NCBI GenBank assembly: GCA_037447605.1
Contig: CM074804.1
Span: forward strand, 7,169,909 to 7,233,908
Length of the DNA: 64,000 nt
Source of the DNA: Zygnema circumcarinatum SAG 698-1b
Lineage: Eukaryota > Plantae > Zygnematophyceae
Reading direction: 5' to 3'
Shown here piece after piece: positions 45,029 to 59,964 of the stretch. Each line of letters opens with the position of its first letter. Position 1 is the stretch's first letter. Made by a program: the position numbers and the translations under genes. The notes below the pieces were generated by a model. That model did not search any database and was not told where the DNA came from. It saw nothing but the letters and a program-made list of their open reading frames with translations.

Positions 45029-45484
45029 AAATAACCTAGCACTGGCACTAGCGCATCGTTTAGCGGATAGATCGACAGATGTAGAGTTAGAGCTCGATGT
45101 AGGGGACTCCTCGTGTTACCACCACCTGTATCTTTGGGATAACATTCCCGTGTTTTTTCATGTTGGAAGACCCATTGTGTAGTGTCGCCCCTTGGAAAAG
45201 TCGGCAAACATTGTAAAGAAAAGTTTGGAGGTTCAATATCTGCATGCTCGCGGGCTAAGCGACTGCGAGGCATTCCTTTTGGGGTGTGGGCGCTTGCACT
45301 ACGCAGCTGTTCAAATCACCGTGACGAAGCTTGTGAAGCGCTCTTCTTGAGAAAGGTGGTGGGTGGGATGGGCCGTGCTTTGGGCTTGTCTCCGTCTCAA
45401 GTGTCCCTCTGGATGGTCCCCAACATGCAACAGTCGCCGTTGTTTCGCATGACAACAAGCCGCAGACTGCTCCGCTACTTCTTC

Positions 45485-45521
45485 CATGCATGCATGCATG
45501 CATGCATGCATGCATGCATGC
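45485..45521. repeat. (CATG)9 self-complementary microsatellite
   Basis: Perfect 37-bp run. Confidence 0.95.
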
Positions 45522-45561
45522 GCTGCCATGTGCCCGACATTCATGTACTGCGAGAGGGGAA

Positions 45562-45562
<1 letters not shown>

Positions 45563-45596
<34 letters not shown>
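45563..45596. repeat. (AGGC)n microsatellite
   Basis: 8.5 perfect units. Confidence 0.95.
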
Positions 45597-45899
45597 AATG
45601 TGAGGTTGCTGCTGCATCGCCTTCCCTTCGACCTCACCGTTTGTAGCAAGCACTGCGGTACCAGTTGGCAGTTGGCAATGGTTGGGTGGCTCGCGAAGCA
45701 ATGGATGGTTCGAAACCATTGTACCTTTCTCCTTCCTTGTAATATTGATAGGCTCTTTAGCTGTCCACAGTCCTCGAGTCCATGCAGCGGAATAGCCGTG
45801 CCAATAACAACCAGATGAAATTTTGTTGACTTCAAGTGCTGTCTTTTTTGACGAAAAAGAGATTTTTATTGTATTGCTCTTGGTGGCATGGCGGTAATA

Positions 45900-45939
45900 C
45901 TGATGATGATGATGTTGATTATTATGATGATGATGATGA
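45900..45939. repeat. Imperfect (TGA)n microsatellite
   Basis: tgatgatgatgatgttgattattatgatgatgatgatga. Confidence 0.85.
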
Positions 45940-46167
45940 GCACACTGCCAAGATACTCGTTTCATGATATAGGCGAAGAGCAAAGGTCTCCCTGAGGAGG
46001 GGAAGGTATTTGGACATAACAGTCATGAAGGTCCTCGCCAGCACAAGATTCACGCCAGCAGATTGCAAAGCCAGGTTGTAGCAACAGCAACATGTAAACC
46101 TTCCAATAACCAATTATAGGCTGTTCAAACAATGCTTGGCTTCAAATCCTGGCACTTATCGCAGCCT

Positions 46168-46275
46168 AGCTTTTTTCTTTTGTCCTTAGGTCCTTTGCGA
46201 CCAGTTTCTCGTGGTTCCCCATGCTGACTTCGGCCATGTACATTTGATGGCATCATCGCCATCGTGAGATCAATG
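46168..46275. repeat. Dispersed repeat, copy 3 (longest; bridges copies 1 and 2)
   Basis: The 5' half matches 36093-36151 and the 3' half matches 343-390. Confidence 0.75.
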
Positions 46276-47083
46276 CCACATCACTCCCCTTCATCGCCTG
46301 TACTCTTAATTTTCATTGTCTTCGTAGCCAACACCGAATTCAGGTCGTCTCGGTCGTTGTATGTGCTACAGAGGCTCAAGGATTATTAACCACTCACTCG
46401 CCTCTATCACGACAGCGACCTCCTTGCTTTCCTTTTCCATTACCTCTTCTGAAGCAGTATTGCGTCTTCTCCATCCTAATCCTTGGATGTTCTAACCTTC
46501 GTCAAGAGATACGTGTACCAAAGCATGAGTTTGCATCCATCCACTTTTTACCAAAAAACGAATGAGCTGGTGAGCCACTCCTGCAGACAAGCAGACAGGG
46601 TCCGCCCTCGTGGTTTCATGCGACTGGTAAGGTTGAACAAACGGTGGAGGCACCCTACAGTTATAATTTTTCTCAGATGTGAAACGCCAAAAGTTTTAAA
46701 CGGACGGCAGAGATTGGAAAAATCGTGGCGGGCAGCTAGATGCAAAACTTATGCGGCGATGACTTTTTTTTTTTTTTTTTGAATGAAAAATTACCGCAGC
46801 CTTCAGCAAACTGAAACATGAGTGCGCGGCTGCTGCGAGCATATTCCCTTCTCTTCAGCTACGACCTTCATGCTGAGTCTCGCAGAGTTGCTTCCCACCT
46901 GCATCACTGTATGAGGCGTATGCGCACATATCTGCGTCATGGATAGTTTATGTTTGCGGGTGAGTGCACTGCAGTCAGCACAGGGAGGGTAGAGGGAGTA
47001 CAGACCGGTGATTCGATTGTAATGCGTGATGTGCTTGGCGGGAGACAGCCTGCTTGCTGGCGGGAGCATAGTAGAATGCTTAG

Positions 47084-48860
<1,777 letters not shown>

Positions 48861-50203
48861 TGGGCACATGCAGCAAGTTCACTCTCCCTTGTTCTATTCA
48901 TCTCTTCTTTTGTAATCTTGAGCAGAACGTTTGGTGTACTTTGTAGGAAGCATTCCTTAGGCAGAGTGGAGCGGTTTCTAAAAGCTGGCTCCTAAGCTAT
49001 AGGCTACCGTGTTTTTCTGAGACAAGAGGCGTCTCATAATGATGTATTCGGTGGCATAGAATCATTGGATGAGGCTCTTTTTTGCCATGTAGCTCAAACT
49101 GGATGCATGTCTTCTGGATCACGTTAGCTGAGTTCAAAAGCAACATGGAAGTGCGTTAAGGCTCTGCCGACCATTGGATGACCTTGCGTAGCACGCTCGA
49201 GCAGCCAGCCAGCCAGCCACCTGTGTTTCTCAGCTACCTTTGTCGCCACTTTGAAGTGAGCGTGCTGTTGCACATGTGGTCCTTTCCTTTCCCATTCTAT
49301 GCCTGTTCTGTGCATCGTTATTCTTTGTTGCAGTTAGTGTCATGGTGCCACTGTAAAGTGCTCACTGCTTTGCTTGTTGCATGGATGGGAGCGTGGATGC
49401 CCTCAAGCCAAGCTGTGGTCGGCTGGCTAGCTAGCTGCAAGCGTCTGCTCGCGCTGAAGCTTGGCTGATATTATGAGCCGGCGGCTCTGTGACTTCCTAT
49501 CGCTGGTTGTGTCTGCATTTCTGTTTCACTCCAACCCTTGGCTCCCTCTGCTTCGTCCTGCAAGAAGGGTGGGTTTACATTCCGCAGCATGAGCGGGAGC
49601 TGAACAAAGCGAAGGAAGGAGTCGGTGTAAAGGAACAATCCTCAAATCCAATAAATTTCCCCCACTACAAAGCGAAAGGCAATACTAGGTTCTGCTGCCA
49701 TGGCTGCCTCCATAGAAAGTTCAGCTCCCCTCTGCCTGCATCGTGCCGTACCGTTTTGTCGTGTACAAACTGCCTCGAACTGAACGGAAAGCGCATCGAA
49801 CCGTACTTATCCATAAATCTGAACATGGAAGCAGTTCCGCGTAAATTTATTCGGCTGACTGAACTGGGCTGGAACACGAAACGCTTCGCATGGAGAGGCA
49901 GCCCCCCTCCCCCTGAACCCCCCCTCCCCCGAGAGGGCCAGCGCTGGCTATAGGTACGGAAGCACCGGCCCTCCGCCATGACCTCTAGGGGACCTGCACG
50001 CGTTTGATCTTGGCCCTCCTGCTGCTGCCTCCCTCTCTCGCCCACTCCCTCTCTCGCCCTCTCCCTCTCTCACTCGCTCGCTCATCTCCTTGCACCCCTC
50101 TCCCATCGCCCACCCCCGTCTCCCGACCGCGCGGTTTTGTGGTCGAGTTCCCGACGCTTTCCTGCGACACCTGTCGCCCGGTTGGTTTGCTTTCCAGGGG
50201 CTC

Positions 50204-53200
50204 ATGGCAGACAGCAAGCCGGAGCAGTCTGGGAGTCAGGCGCTTCGCCCTCAGGATTCTTGGCGTCTTCGAGGTGAGGATTTTCTGGCGACTTTCTGGC
50301 CTGCACAGGAAAAAAATATGTTTCCAGAGAGATGATGCGCACCATAGTAGCTGACTGGGTGCTGAGTGCGTGTTCTCTTGCTTGGTGCAGACGAAGCGAA
50401 TGCTCCGGGAAAGGGACCTGCTGGCGAGGGGGAACATAAAGGTATGTTTCTTGGATGATGTTGTGGGGGAGGATTATGAGTGTGATGATCCTCTGTTTGC
50501 TCGCAACAATAGCAAAGGAGGAGAATTTGATAAGCTGCTGGGTTTAAACTCGTCCCACTACAATTTAAACAGAATTCAATATGTTCTGAAGTCACTGGCT
50601 GCCAGTTTTCTTTGGCAAACTGGTTCAAATTTTTTCTTGGATATTGATAGCTCCCTTCGCACATCCTTGGCTATTGTGCCTTCAGATCCAATCGGAGGGA
50701 CAGACAGTATCATTCCTTTGTCTCCCCAATGGCTCTTCTCAAAACCCGGCGATTCCAAACCTTCTGGAGCCACTAGCTCTGTAAGGCACTTCAGCTCTGG
50801 CTGCTTCAGTACTTTAGCTAAGCTACCGTTTACGCCTCATGCTGGTTCTTCTTGTAATACACTAAGCTCATGGAGAGAGTCGTCTTCATTGGAAGAGGAG
50901 CTTGGCAGGAGCTGCAATTTTCTGATTCGGCAGAGATAAACGTGTTTTTTTTGCTGCAATAACTCAGAACTGAAATTTCGAGCCCTGTACAAACTAGTTT
51001 TGCATTTCAGTCATTTATGAAGCCAGCAAATACTTTTGTGTGCAGGAGTTATCTCGAAGCTCAAGCATAGAGAGCTCAACCAAAGATCGCTGGCGAGATT
51101 CTGTTCGAGGCAATGAAAGGTGGCGGCCAAATAGCATAGACCGTGATTCTGGTGAAACTGGGCGTGAAGGCGGGCGCCGCCTAGGCGGTGATCGCTGGGG
51201 GGAGGATGAAAGGGAAACCGTGCCTCTTGGGAAAACTCGAGGAACTGACCGTTGGATGAAAGACTCTGACAGAGAGCCTGATGTGCCCAGAAAGACTGGT
51301 GGTGATCGTTGGCAGGAGGTCTCCCGCCCTGTCGAGGGGGGGGAGTATCGGTCTCGACCAGAACGCTGGTCCGAAACTAATCGAGATCCCTTGGGGCGAG
51401 GCAACGAGCAGAAGCGGGAGTCAAAGTGGACAGTCAATAGGTGGGGGGCTTCTGATGAGAAAGAGAAAGACACTGGCATTCGAAGCAAGTGGGTAGATAG
51501 TGACAGGGAAAAAGAGAGTGAAACTTTGAAAGAGAAGGCTCCCAAAGAGACTGATAAGGATGTTGAAGTTCGTGACCGTCCGGGAGTATGGCGTCCACAG
51601 GGTAGAGGCCGTGGAGAGGCACCTCCTGGCGCACCAGCAAAATTCGTGCCAAGCGCTGGTAGAGGACGGGGAGATACTCACTCTGTTGGTTTCTCTATAG
51701 GTCGAGGTCGCGGAAATTCAGGTGCTCAAGGGCCAATAATTGGAGCGAGTGCAAGCCCTGAAAGATCAGACAGATGGGATACAGGGTCTTCTCGCCCCAG
51801 TTCTAGGTTAGGAGAGCCAACATCATCCGCCGTGGGCGCTAGTAACATTTTTCAGTACTCAAAAGGAAAGCTCCTTGAGGTGTTTCATAAGTGCAGTACA
51901 AGCCCTGGGTTTATGAAATATCCAGAGGGTTTTGTGGATGTTCCTCAGCTAACACAAGAGGAGCCTCTTGAGCCTCTAGCCCTCATTTCCCCATCAACCG
52001 AGGAGGAGGTGAGGATTGAGCTGGTCGAGCTAAAACAAGACTTCTTGTTCTGGTGCAGTAATGACATGTTCACCCGACATTGGAAGGAGAATGAAGTGCT
52101 CATGATGCCCTCCGAAAGCTGATTACTGTTTCCTTGCTCATGGCACCATACATTGCATACAACTCTCCACTGGCTGCTGGAAATGCCCTGCATGTTTCCG
52201 CAGTTTGGTTGCCTACCAATCGTATGTATGTCTTGCTGTGTCCAGTGTTTTGTTTGGTGTCTAGTAGCGTGATAGCGAGCCCTATCGTGTTCTCAGCTGC
52301 GCGTTCTCTGGCTGTGTTTATTTGACATCACATGTGTTTATCTCTATGGGTTGAAACAAAGAAAACCAAACATGGAAGAACCTTTTTTTTGGCTTTAAAA
52401 TGCTATTCTTATCTTTCGTGTCTTCTTTGGCTAGCCTCTTGGTGGTCGCAGTAGTATCGGTACCGGTAGCCAATTCTTGAATTCAGAAGTTTATAATTCT
52501 TTATTATGAGTTAAGACTTTGGGTGACTTAACAGGACGGGCAAGAACAGAAGTTACCATAGCTGCTATGAGTTTATTGCTTAGATGCACGATTGTGCGGT
52601 CTCTTCCTTGGAAGGGCAATTGTCTGAATTGTGATTCTGTCAGGTGAACCGCTAGGCCTGTCCTTTCTTATTATAAACAATCTCCTCTTGACTCCAAGTA
52701 TGTGTTTTGAGCAGGCATTGCTTGATGCCATAAGGAAAGGAGAGTTGACTGGGAGCGGGATTGTACATGGAGCACCGAAAGATGCAACACAGCCCAAGCA
52801 ACGGGAAGAAGCGCAGAGCACCTTGCCCCCAACTCGCGGTCGTCCAAAGTCTGGTATGCAGCTTCTTGACATCCGTCAACTTCTTTCTTTCCATGTTGGT
52901 GGCAAGGGGCAGGTGAAGGAAAGGTCAAATTTGAGACCAGTGCGTCCTCTGCACGAGTTAGCCATGCAGAAATTCAGTCACTTTTAGGTTTACTATTTTT
53001 GTGGGCCTGCAAATGTGATCTTGTTAAAGGCACTCGATGTGTGGATATTGCCTAGGGCGATCGGAGGGGTCAATGATCTATATTTTTTTTGCAGACTATC
53101 AGTTTCTTGAATACTGTCTTTTGTGGAATATCAGCTATTTGACGTTAAGGTCTTTCAAACGTTCCTTCCTTTTTTTTTATTAAAACAGAATTGTATGCTG

Positions 53201-56200
53201 TCCCTTGTGCTTACTTGCGGCTGTTGTGCATGCAGGAAAAGAAGAGACTGTGTTCGATAGCCACCGCGAGGATGACTTTTTTGACGCCCCTGGCTTTGGT
53301 GACGTCCAAGGTGGAGAAGGTGGTACATTTGACCGCCTTGCAGAGGCACACTTTCAGAGTTCTGATCGTGGGGATGGCTGGGAGAGATCTCGATTGGAGG
53401 CAACAGCTGACCCCGAAGGTGTAAAACGAAACCATATTTTCTTGGAGTCTTTCACTCCTCTGTTTTTGTTGCTCTTGGCAAAGAAGAGGAACCATCCAGA
53501 CCCATTCTCGTCATGCATTGTTTTCTTTGGATTCTATGTGTTGAATATGCCAACTTTCCTGAGGGGACTCTTCTTGGTTTCCGCTGTGAAGGGGAGGGTG
53601 GGAGGATGTTTGTAGTCACATGCAAAAAGACTCTTCTTAAGTCTGCAGATCCATCCAAACCTGATTTTGATGCCGATTTGCAGGCGGCCGAAGTGAACTG
53701 TGGAGGCGTGGAAGAACTGATGATTCAGGCTCAAAAGGAGACCGGTCATGGTCACGGGTGGATGATCGAGATGGGACTTCCAAAGGCGATGGGGCGTGGA
53801 GGCGCAAAACTGCTGATGGGGATCGACGATGGGTTTCTGATAGTGGTGAAAACTGGCGAGCAGGACATGGAAAATCAGGAGATGAGGGAATTGCGGGTCG
53901 GGATGAGAGGGGATGGAAAGGAGCTGGGCGGGATGATGGGGATGGTGAAAAGCCATGGAGAGAATCTGCAAATAACGAAGCCCGTTATGACGGGGGTTAT
54001 GGAAAGCCCAATGTCTCAGAAAATCGGAATGGTTTGTCGGTGCAAAGCAGGAATGCACAACCCTTTGAATCCGAAGTTGAGGCGCATACTGGACGGGCAC
54101 CGCAAGAGATGTCTTCCGTTCAGCCGGAACAGTTGACTCTGTGCTATAAAGATCCGCAAGGGGATATACAGGGACCTTTCCTTGGTGTCGATATAATTAA
54201 TTGGTTTGAGGGAAATTTCTTTGGCATCGATTTGCCTGTGAGACTCGCTGATGCACCTGCAGGCACTCCCTTTGAACCACTAGGAACTGTTATGCCTCAT
54301 CTGAAAAGGAGAGCTCTTGTGCCACCTGGATTTGTAGCGCCGACTCAGGCTGAAGAGTCACAGACTGACAGTAGTAAGGCCTTAGAAGCGGGTGGAGAGG
54401 TGGATGATGCCGGGAAGGTAAAGGAGACAGTGAATACTGTGTGGGCCAGAGACTCTGGAGGAAACAAACAGAGTGCCGAAAAGGAGAGATTGGCAGAGGG
54501 TCCTACTAGAAGTGCTGGAAGCACAGACTCTGCTGGCAAGCTGCCCAACGCCGAGAACGGTGAGTGCACGAGTTCAACACTTTCCCGTGCTACTTCAGGC
54601 GTGACATGTTCGCAAATAGCCATTTATCACTAAAGTGTTTCCTGCCAGGCTGGGAGAAAGCGGCCATATAACAACGGATAGTTAGTTGGTAACTGATACT
54701 GGTTTTGCAGTTAGCTGCTGTGAAGACTGAGCTGCTGCTGGGGTTCTGCTGTATTCTCTTCCGGGCTTTTCGCAAGTTTAGGGCAATAGGACTCAGCTTG
54801 CTGTTGGCTGCTACTGAGTTAGTAAAACGAATTCTCGTTTTCAGCTTTTTGCCAACTGATGTGAATTCTTCACTTTGATTTACTTTGCTGTTTATAGGTG
54901 GGAATCTGCCGGTGGACAAGCTTTTTGCTGCTGATGACTCTGTCCTTCTTGGCCTGGCGGATCCAGCTCCTAGTGGCCTGGTGGAGAGGTCGTTTGCAAG
55001 CAGGAGAAGAATGTCAGCATTTCCTCGAGTTGAAGCTGATGAGCCACTGCCAACTGTGAAATCCACATTAACTCCGACAGTCAATGCGGGAGACCTCTCA
55101 CCGTGGACTGGGCATAATGCCGATCCCACAGCCTCATCCTTGGCAACCATGAACACATCTGGTTTGTCAATGCCCATCCAGGGCAGTGGATCGTTGTTAT
55201 CTGGAGTTACAGCTCATTCAAATATTCAAAGTTTTCCTTCTGCCGTCCAATCACTCCCTTCACAGCTGCAACAAGGAGACCGAGGTGAGAAGATCCAAGA
55301 GATCCGATACCAGCAAGATGTACAGGAGCGTCGTGCCTTCCCTGAGCAGACAGAAAAGGGACCTCACATTCATACATCACAACGGCAATTCAACCATACA
55401 GGAGTTGAAGCAAACATTCCTGGAGCATTCCTTCCTCCATTCTCGGCAGCGGCCAATTTGGCTCAACAGCGTCCTTTACTTCCATCACAGGGCGAGCATG
55501 TCTCATGGCCCGGCCCTCATTCTGAAGGGACTCAAGCTGCTGGTTTCCTACGCCCGGTTGGACAGTCTGCAAGGATTCCTGATCCATTGGAGCGATTTGG
55601 AACAAGCCATGTCCGACCTCCCCCAGATTCAAGACTCATGCATGCCCAGCAACAGCAGCAACAGCAGCACGAGCTTCAGCAAAGACTTCTTCAGCAGCAT
55701 CTACCTCCGCAACAGTCGTTTCCTGCTCCACCACCCGCTATATTACAGGCACAAGTGTTGGATTTGCTACTGCGAGCCGGAATTCCCCCAGATGTGCCTT
55801 TGGAACAGGTCTTGCAGCAACATGGCCCGGCCTTAGATCATCTCCTTCGCATACAACACCAACAGCAGCAGCAGCAGCAGCAGCCGCCACCGCAGCATTT
55901 GCCAGGACAGCAGCCTCAACATGGTGCTCTCTTTGATCGCATTTCTCAACCTTCTTTGGCCGACCAGTTGCTGCTTCACCAGCATCCCGGGAGGCAGGAT
56001 AGTAGTTCACTGCTCCGAGGAAGAGTCGATCAGTCTCTTGGAGAGCGCCAATTGTTTAATGCAGGGTCCGCCCATGATCGGATGCTCCTTCAACAGCGGC
56101 AGGAGGAGCACCTTCATCACCTCCGGGCAGCAGGACAGCAGGTGGACGGAGGGAAGCCCAACCTCGCAGATGGCCTTGGCAGCAATCCTACCCAAGAACT

Positions 56201-59200
56201 GCGGATGCTGGGTGTGTGGGAGGTTGATGAGTTTGGCCGATTTGTTCAGTCAAAAGAGGCTCCTCCCGGGCGAACAGAAAGCAAAGACCACCTTCCTGTT
56301 CACCCTCATCTTCAGAGTCTACTTCCCCTTGAGCAGAGGCATCAACAGGTCTTACAGGAACCACATCATTTGGTTCAGTTACATGCACTGAGCCAAAATC
56401 AGCCGCAGCCGCCCGTGGCACAACAGGCTGCGGATCAGCATCCCCTGCAACACCTCCTTGCCCAGTTGCAGGTGCAGCCTGCACATCAGTCTAGTGGTGC
56501 TACTGGCAGTGGAAATTTTGCATTTGTCGACAGCGGGACGGCTGGGAAAGTGAAAGGTTCTGTGGCTCCAAACTCTCAAGTTCCTCTACAGGCAGTGAAA
56601 ATGGATGCCTCAGCTGTAATGCCTCAAACAATAGATTCGAGTTTCAGCAATAGGAGCGTGTCTCATTCAGAGGCTGGAGTAGGTAGGAAGGAGCAGGAAC
56701 AACAGTGGGCTGGATATTCTTTGGGAGAGGCTACCGTGGACTCTCGCTCTCAAGTTGAGAAAGGAGCTGCCCTGACATTGCCAACAAACAATCTGCCCAC
56801 GTCTATCGACTGGAAGGACGATGTAAATAAGAGTCATGTTGGTGGTAAGCGAATGCAATCGCATGGTCAATCCGCAGAGAAAAGCACCTCGGAAAGCAAG
56901 TTGGAGCGTGATTCAAGTGACGGATGGAGGGCACAAGGTGAACATGCTCAAAATTCAGCAAGCGATAAGGCGTACGGATGGCAGCCTGGTTCAGAGTCTG
57001 TTCAGGACTTTCCTCCCGTTAGCTCAGGCTGGTCGGTCTCATCTCCCCTGCCTCCATCATCATCACCTGCCGCTACTCCTGCACCGAAGTGGCGCCCCCC
57101 TGTGCTGCCTCCGCAGAAGTCGTTGGCTGAAATTCAAGAAGAAGAGACGGAGCAGCGAAAGCGGGAATTGGAGCGTGCAGAGTCAGAAGCTGCTGCTGGA
57201 GGAACGGCACTGTCAGCCTATGGGCCATGGAAGGCACCCGACACCGTAGGATTTGCCAAGTCTTTGAAAGCTATCCAGGAGGAGGAGAGTAGGGTCTCTA
57301 GGGCATCTGGCCAAGGTCTTCTACGGAAGGGGGACTCTGGAGGGGCAATCTGGGGCGGTATGACAAATTCTGTACATACTGGAGACTTGAAGTCAGGTTT
57401 GCGGGATGTTATGGCTGAGGAGGTACTCAGCAAGGCTGCAGAGGCTACTGTAGCAGTTATCCCTGCAGTTTCTGAGTCTCCTCCGACATCTGTGGGGGCT
57501 GAAGAGGCTTCAGCCGTGCCGACAGATGATGGAGATTTTGTGGAAGCGAAGGAAACTAAGAAGAGCAAGAAGCGTGCGTCCAAGTCTAAAGCTAACACTA
57601 GTGCAAAAGCAAATAAAGCATCACCAGTCCCCGCTGCTTCAGAGAGTCCCGCCCCTCGGTCATCATCCACAAAGGCAGAGAAGGTGGCTGATCCTGAACT
57701 TCCAAGTCCACCCCCCGCCTCTTTAGCAGACTTCCTCCCGCAAGAACCAATGCCTGTCCAGCCTGCTCCTCCTCCTGCTTGGTCAGTGAATGCTGCTAGA
57801 CCAGTCAAGGGAGCTGCCATGTCTTTGAAGGAGATTCAACAGGCTGAGCAGCGTGCAAGAGAAGAGCAGGCCAAGCAGCAGGCTATGGAGCAGCAACAAG
57901 CTGTGCTTCGCCCGCGGCCAAGTGTGGCTGCTAGTGGTCCTTGGGTGCGTACTCCTCCTCCTGTTCCCTCCCTTGCAGGCAGCTCCCCTGCACCTGTGGG
58001 GTCTGTTCCGCCCCCTGCATCGGCAGGGCGAAGTCCTGCTGCCCCGGCAAAGAGTACTGTTGAAGATAAGGACGAGCTGTTTTGGGATTACAAGTCGTCG
58101 GAGGATGTAGTGATGACGATTGGAACGAAGAAGGCAGTTGTGGCACCTGAAAGGTAGGTTGTCTTGTTGCTGCTCCCAACCTTTGCAGACTCCAAGTATG
58201 GCATTTGCCTGTCATAGGCGGCACCTTTACCATCTATTGATGTCAGGTGAACGATTTTCTTCACTGAGGCTGTGAGATGAGGTTTCTCGCGCCCCCTTCT
58301 TAGCGAGACAGGTCTACTTTTTGTCGTTCTCCCTTTTCCTTGGACTCCTATCTTGGTAGTGTATTTCTTACTGCCCATCATGAAACTCGATTTTTGTGGG
58401 AAATCCAATGATTCATTCAGGCTACTCTGCCCGTAAATGTCTGTCTTGGTTTTCGTTTTCTGCAGGCAGGAGTTCCCTTCTTTAGCGACTTTCAAGGGGC
58501 AGAGTACTGCTTCTGCGTCGGCCGTCCCTCTCGTACGGCCTGGCATGGCTGCTCCCACAAAGCAGGCCGCAGTTTTGTCGGGAGTGGTCCGTCCCTCTGC
58601 AGCGACTGCTCCACAGTGCTCTGCAGAGTTCCCTTCTTTGGCGGGAACGGCAGCAGGAAACGCTGGCAAATCGACAACTAAAGCTAAGAAGGTAGCAGGC
58701 AAGACAGGTATGTTTGAGCTCACTGTCTTGTACGACTGACATGCGATCTGTCAAACTATAAGATGCATTCTAGGCCTAGAGGCATTCTCTTGAATGTGCT
58801 ATCCATCTCCTACATTGGGAAGGACCTTCACATTACAGATTTCTGAATGCAGCCTCACGTGCACAGCTGCTGAAGTCTGTTCGGTGGTGACGTTAGAGTG
58901 ACAAGTTTGAAGGGTTAAGGCTCTCTTTTTAAGAAATCATGGTGAATCCATACTTTTGAAGCATTCGTTTCCGAGGATACAACATCACATGGGGTTGGTT
59001 GATCTCAAATATTATAGGCTACATTTTTAGTTTGTGTTGTATCAAAAGCTGTCCAAGGTAAAAGCTTGGAATCTTGCCTTGTATCTTGCCTGAAATTATC
59101 TTTTGTATGGCTACCGTGACAGACGCAAGTGATGCAGCGAGTGCTCAACCTGCATCCAATGTGGAGGCGCGGGCTTTCCGGTCGTGGTGTGAGATCAACA

Positions 59201-59964
59201 TGAAGAAATTGACTGGGAACGACGGTAAGCGTCAGTGTATCTTTCCATTTCGGCATGCATGAGCCACGTCAGCCATGTATATACCTGTTACAAAAGCCGC
59301 ATAGTGAGGAGTCTCAAGTGAAGCTCAAGTGTGAATGCTCGACTGTAGTGTTCGATGAATATCATCGCTCTCGAAAGTTATTGTTCTTTGTATGCCCTCT
59401 CGAAGGCGTCAAACAGTTGCCCGGGAAATCCTACGTGAATCCATTGTTGATCTTTTGGTATTGTTTCCACGGTCTGACATGCTACTTGTTCGGTTATTGG
59501 CTGTGGTCTCAGATATGACTTTGCTGCAATTCTGCATGTCGCTGTCTTCCACGAGGGAGGCAGGAGACTACCTTAGCCAGTACTTGGGCTCTGCCCCTCC
59601 CATGCAGGCCTTTGCGGCAGAGTTTCTCCGCCGCAAGGGCGCCCTCACACCGGCCGTGGCTCGGGCCGCGTTTCCTGTGAGCGATGCCGTGATTCAGGAC
59701 CCGCCCGGACGGAACGGGGGGGGGGGCAGAGGGGCGGAGGGGAAGGTAAAGGTCGGGGATAGGGAGGAGGTGAGAGGGCGGGAGTTTGAGGGAACAGAGG
59801 AAGGTCAGGCTGAGGGAGGTTCTGCAAAGCAGGGAGGAGCAGTTGCGGGAGGAGCAAAGAAGAAAGGGAAGAAACCGAAGAAAGCGGTGGACCCTTCTCT
59901 GCTGGGGTTCAGCGTGACAAGCAACCGCATAATGATTGGGGAGATCCAACGAGTGGAAGACTGA
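50204..59964 (+). CDS. Large GYF-domain protein (GIGYF/EXA1-like)
   Basis: Exon 1 50204-50273 joins IPLSPQWLFSKPG. RG/DRW repeats; YSKGKLL (YxxxxL-phi eIF4E/4EHP-binding-like); EEPLEPLAL..P..EE; GYF domain LCYKDPQGDIQGPFLGVDIINWFEGNFFGIDLPVRL; polyQ; SLAEIQEEE and SLKEIQ motifs; DELFWDY; FRSWCE; terminal VDPSLLGFSVTSNRIMIGEIQRVED*. Confidence 0.9.

Noticed and set aside
45255-45983. 242-aa minus-strand ORF with His runs and MHAC/ACLP repeats
   Set aside because: It starts at TTG and its features are translations of microsatellites; no recognisable domain.
48947-49039. Alternative last exon for the phosphatase after a tttgtag acceptor
   Set aside because: No convincing upstream donor before the in-frame stop at 48858-48860; probably 3' UTR.
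54590-58723. Antisense ORFs of 195-211 aa within the GYF gene
   Set aside because: Shadows of the long sense exons and introns with no independent features.
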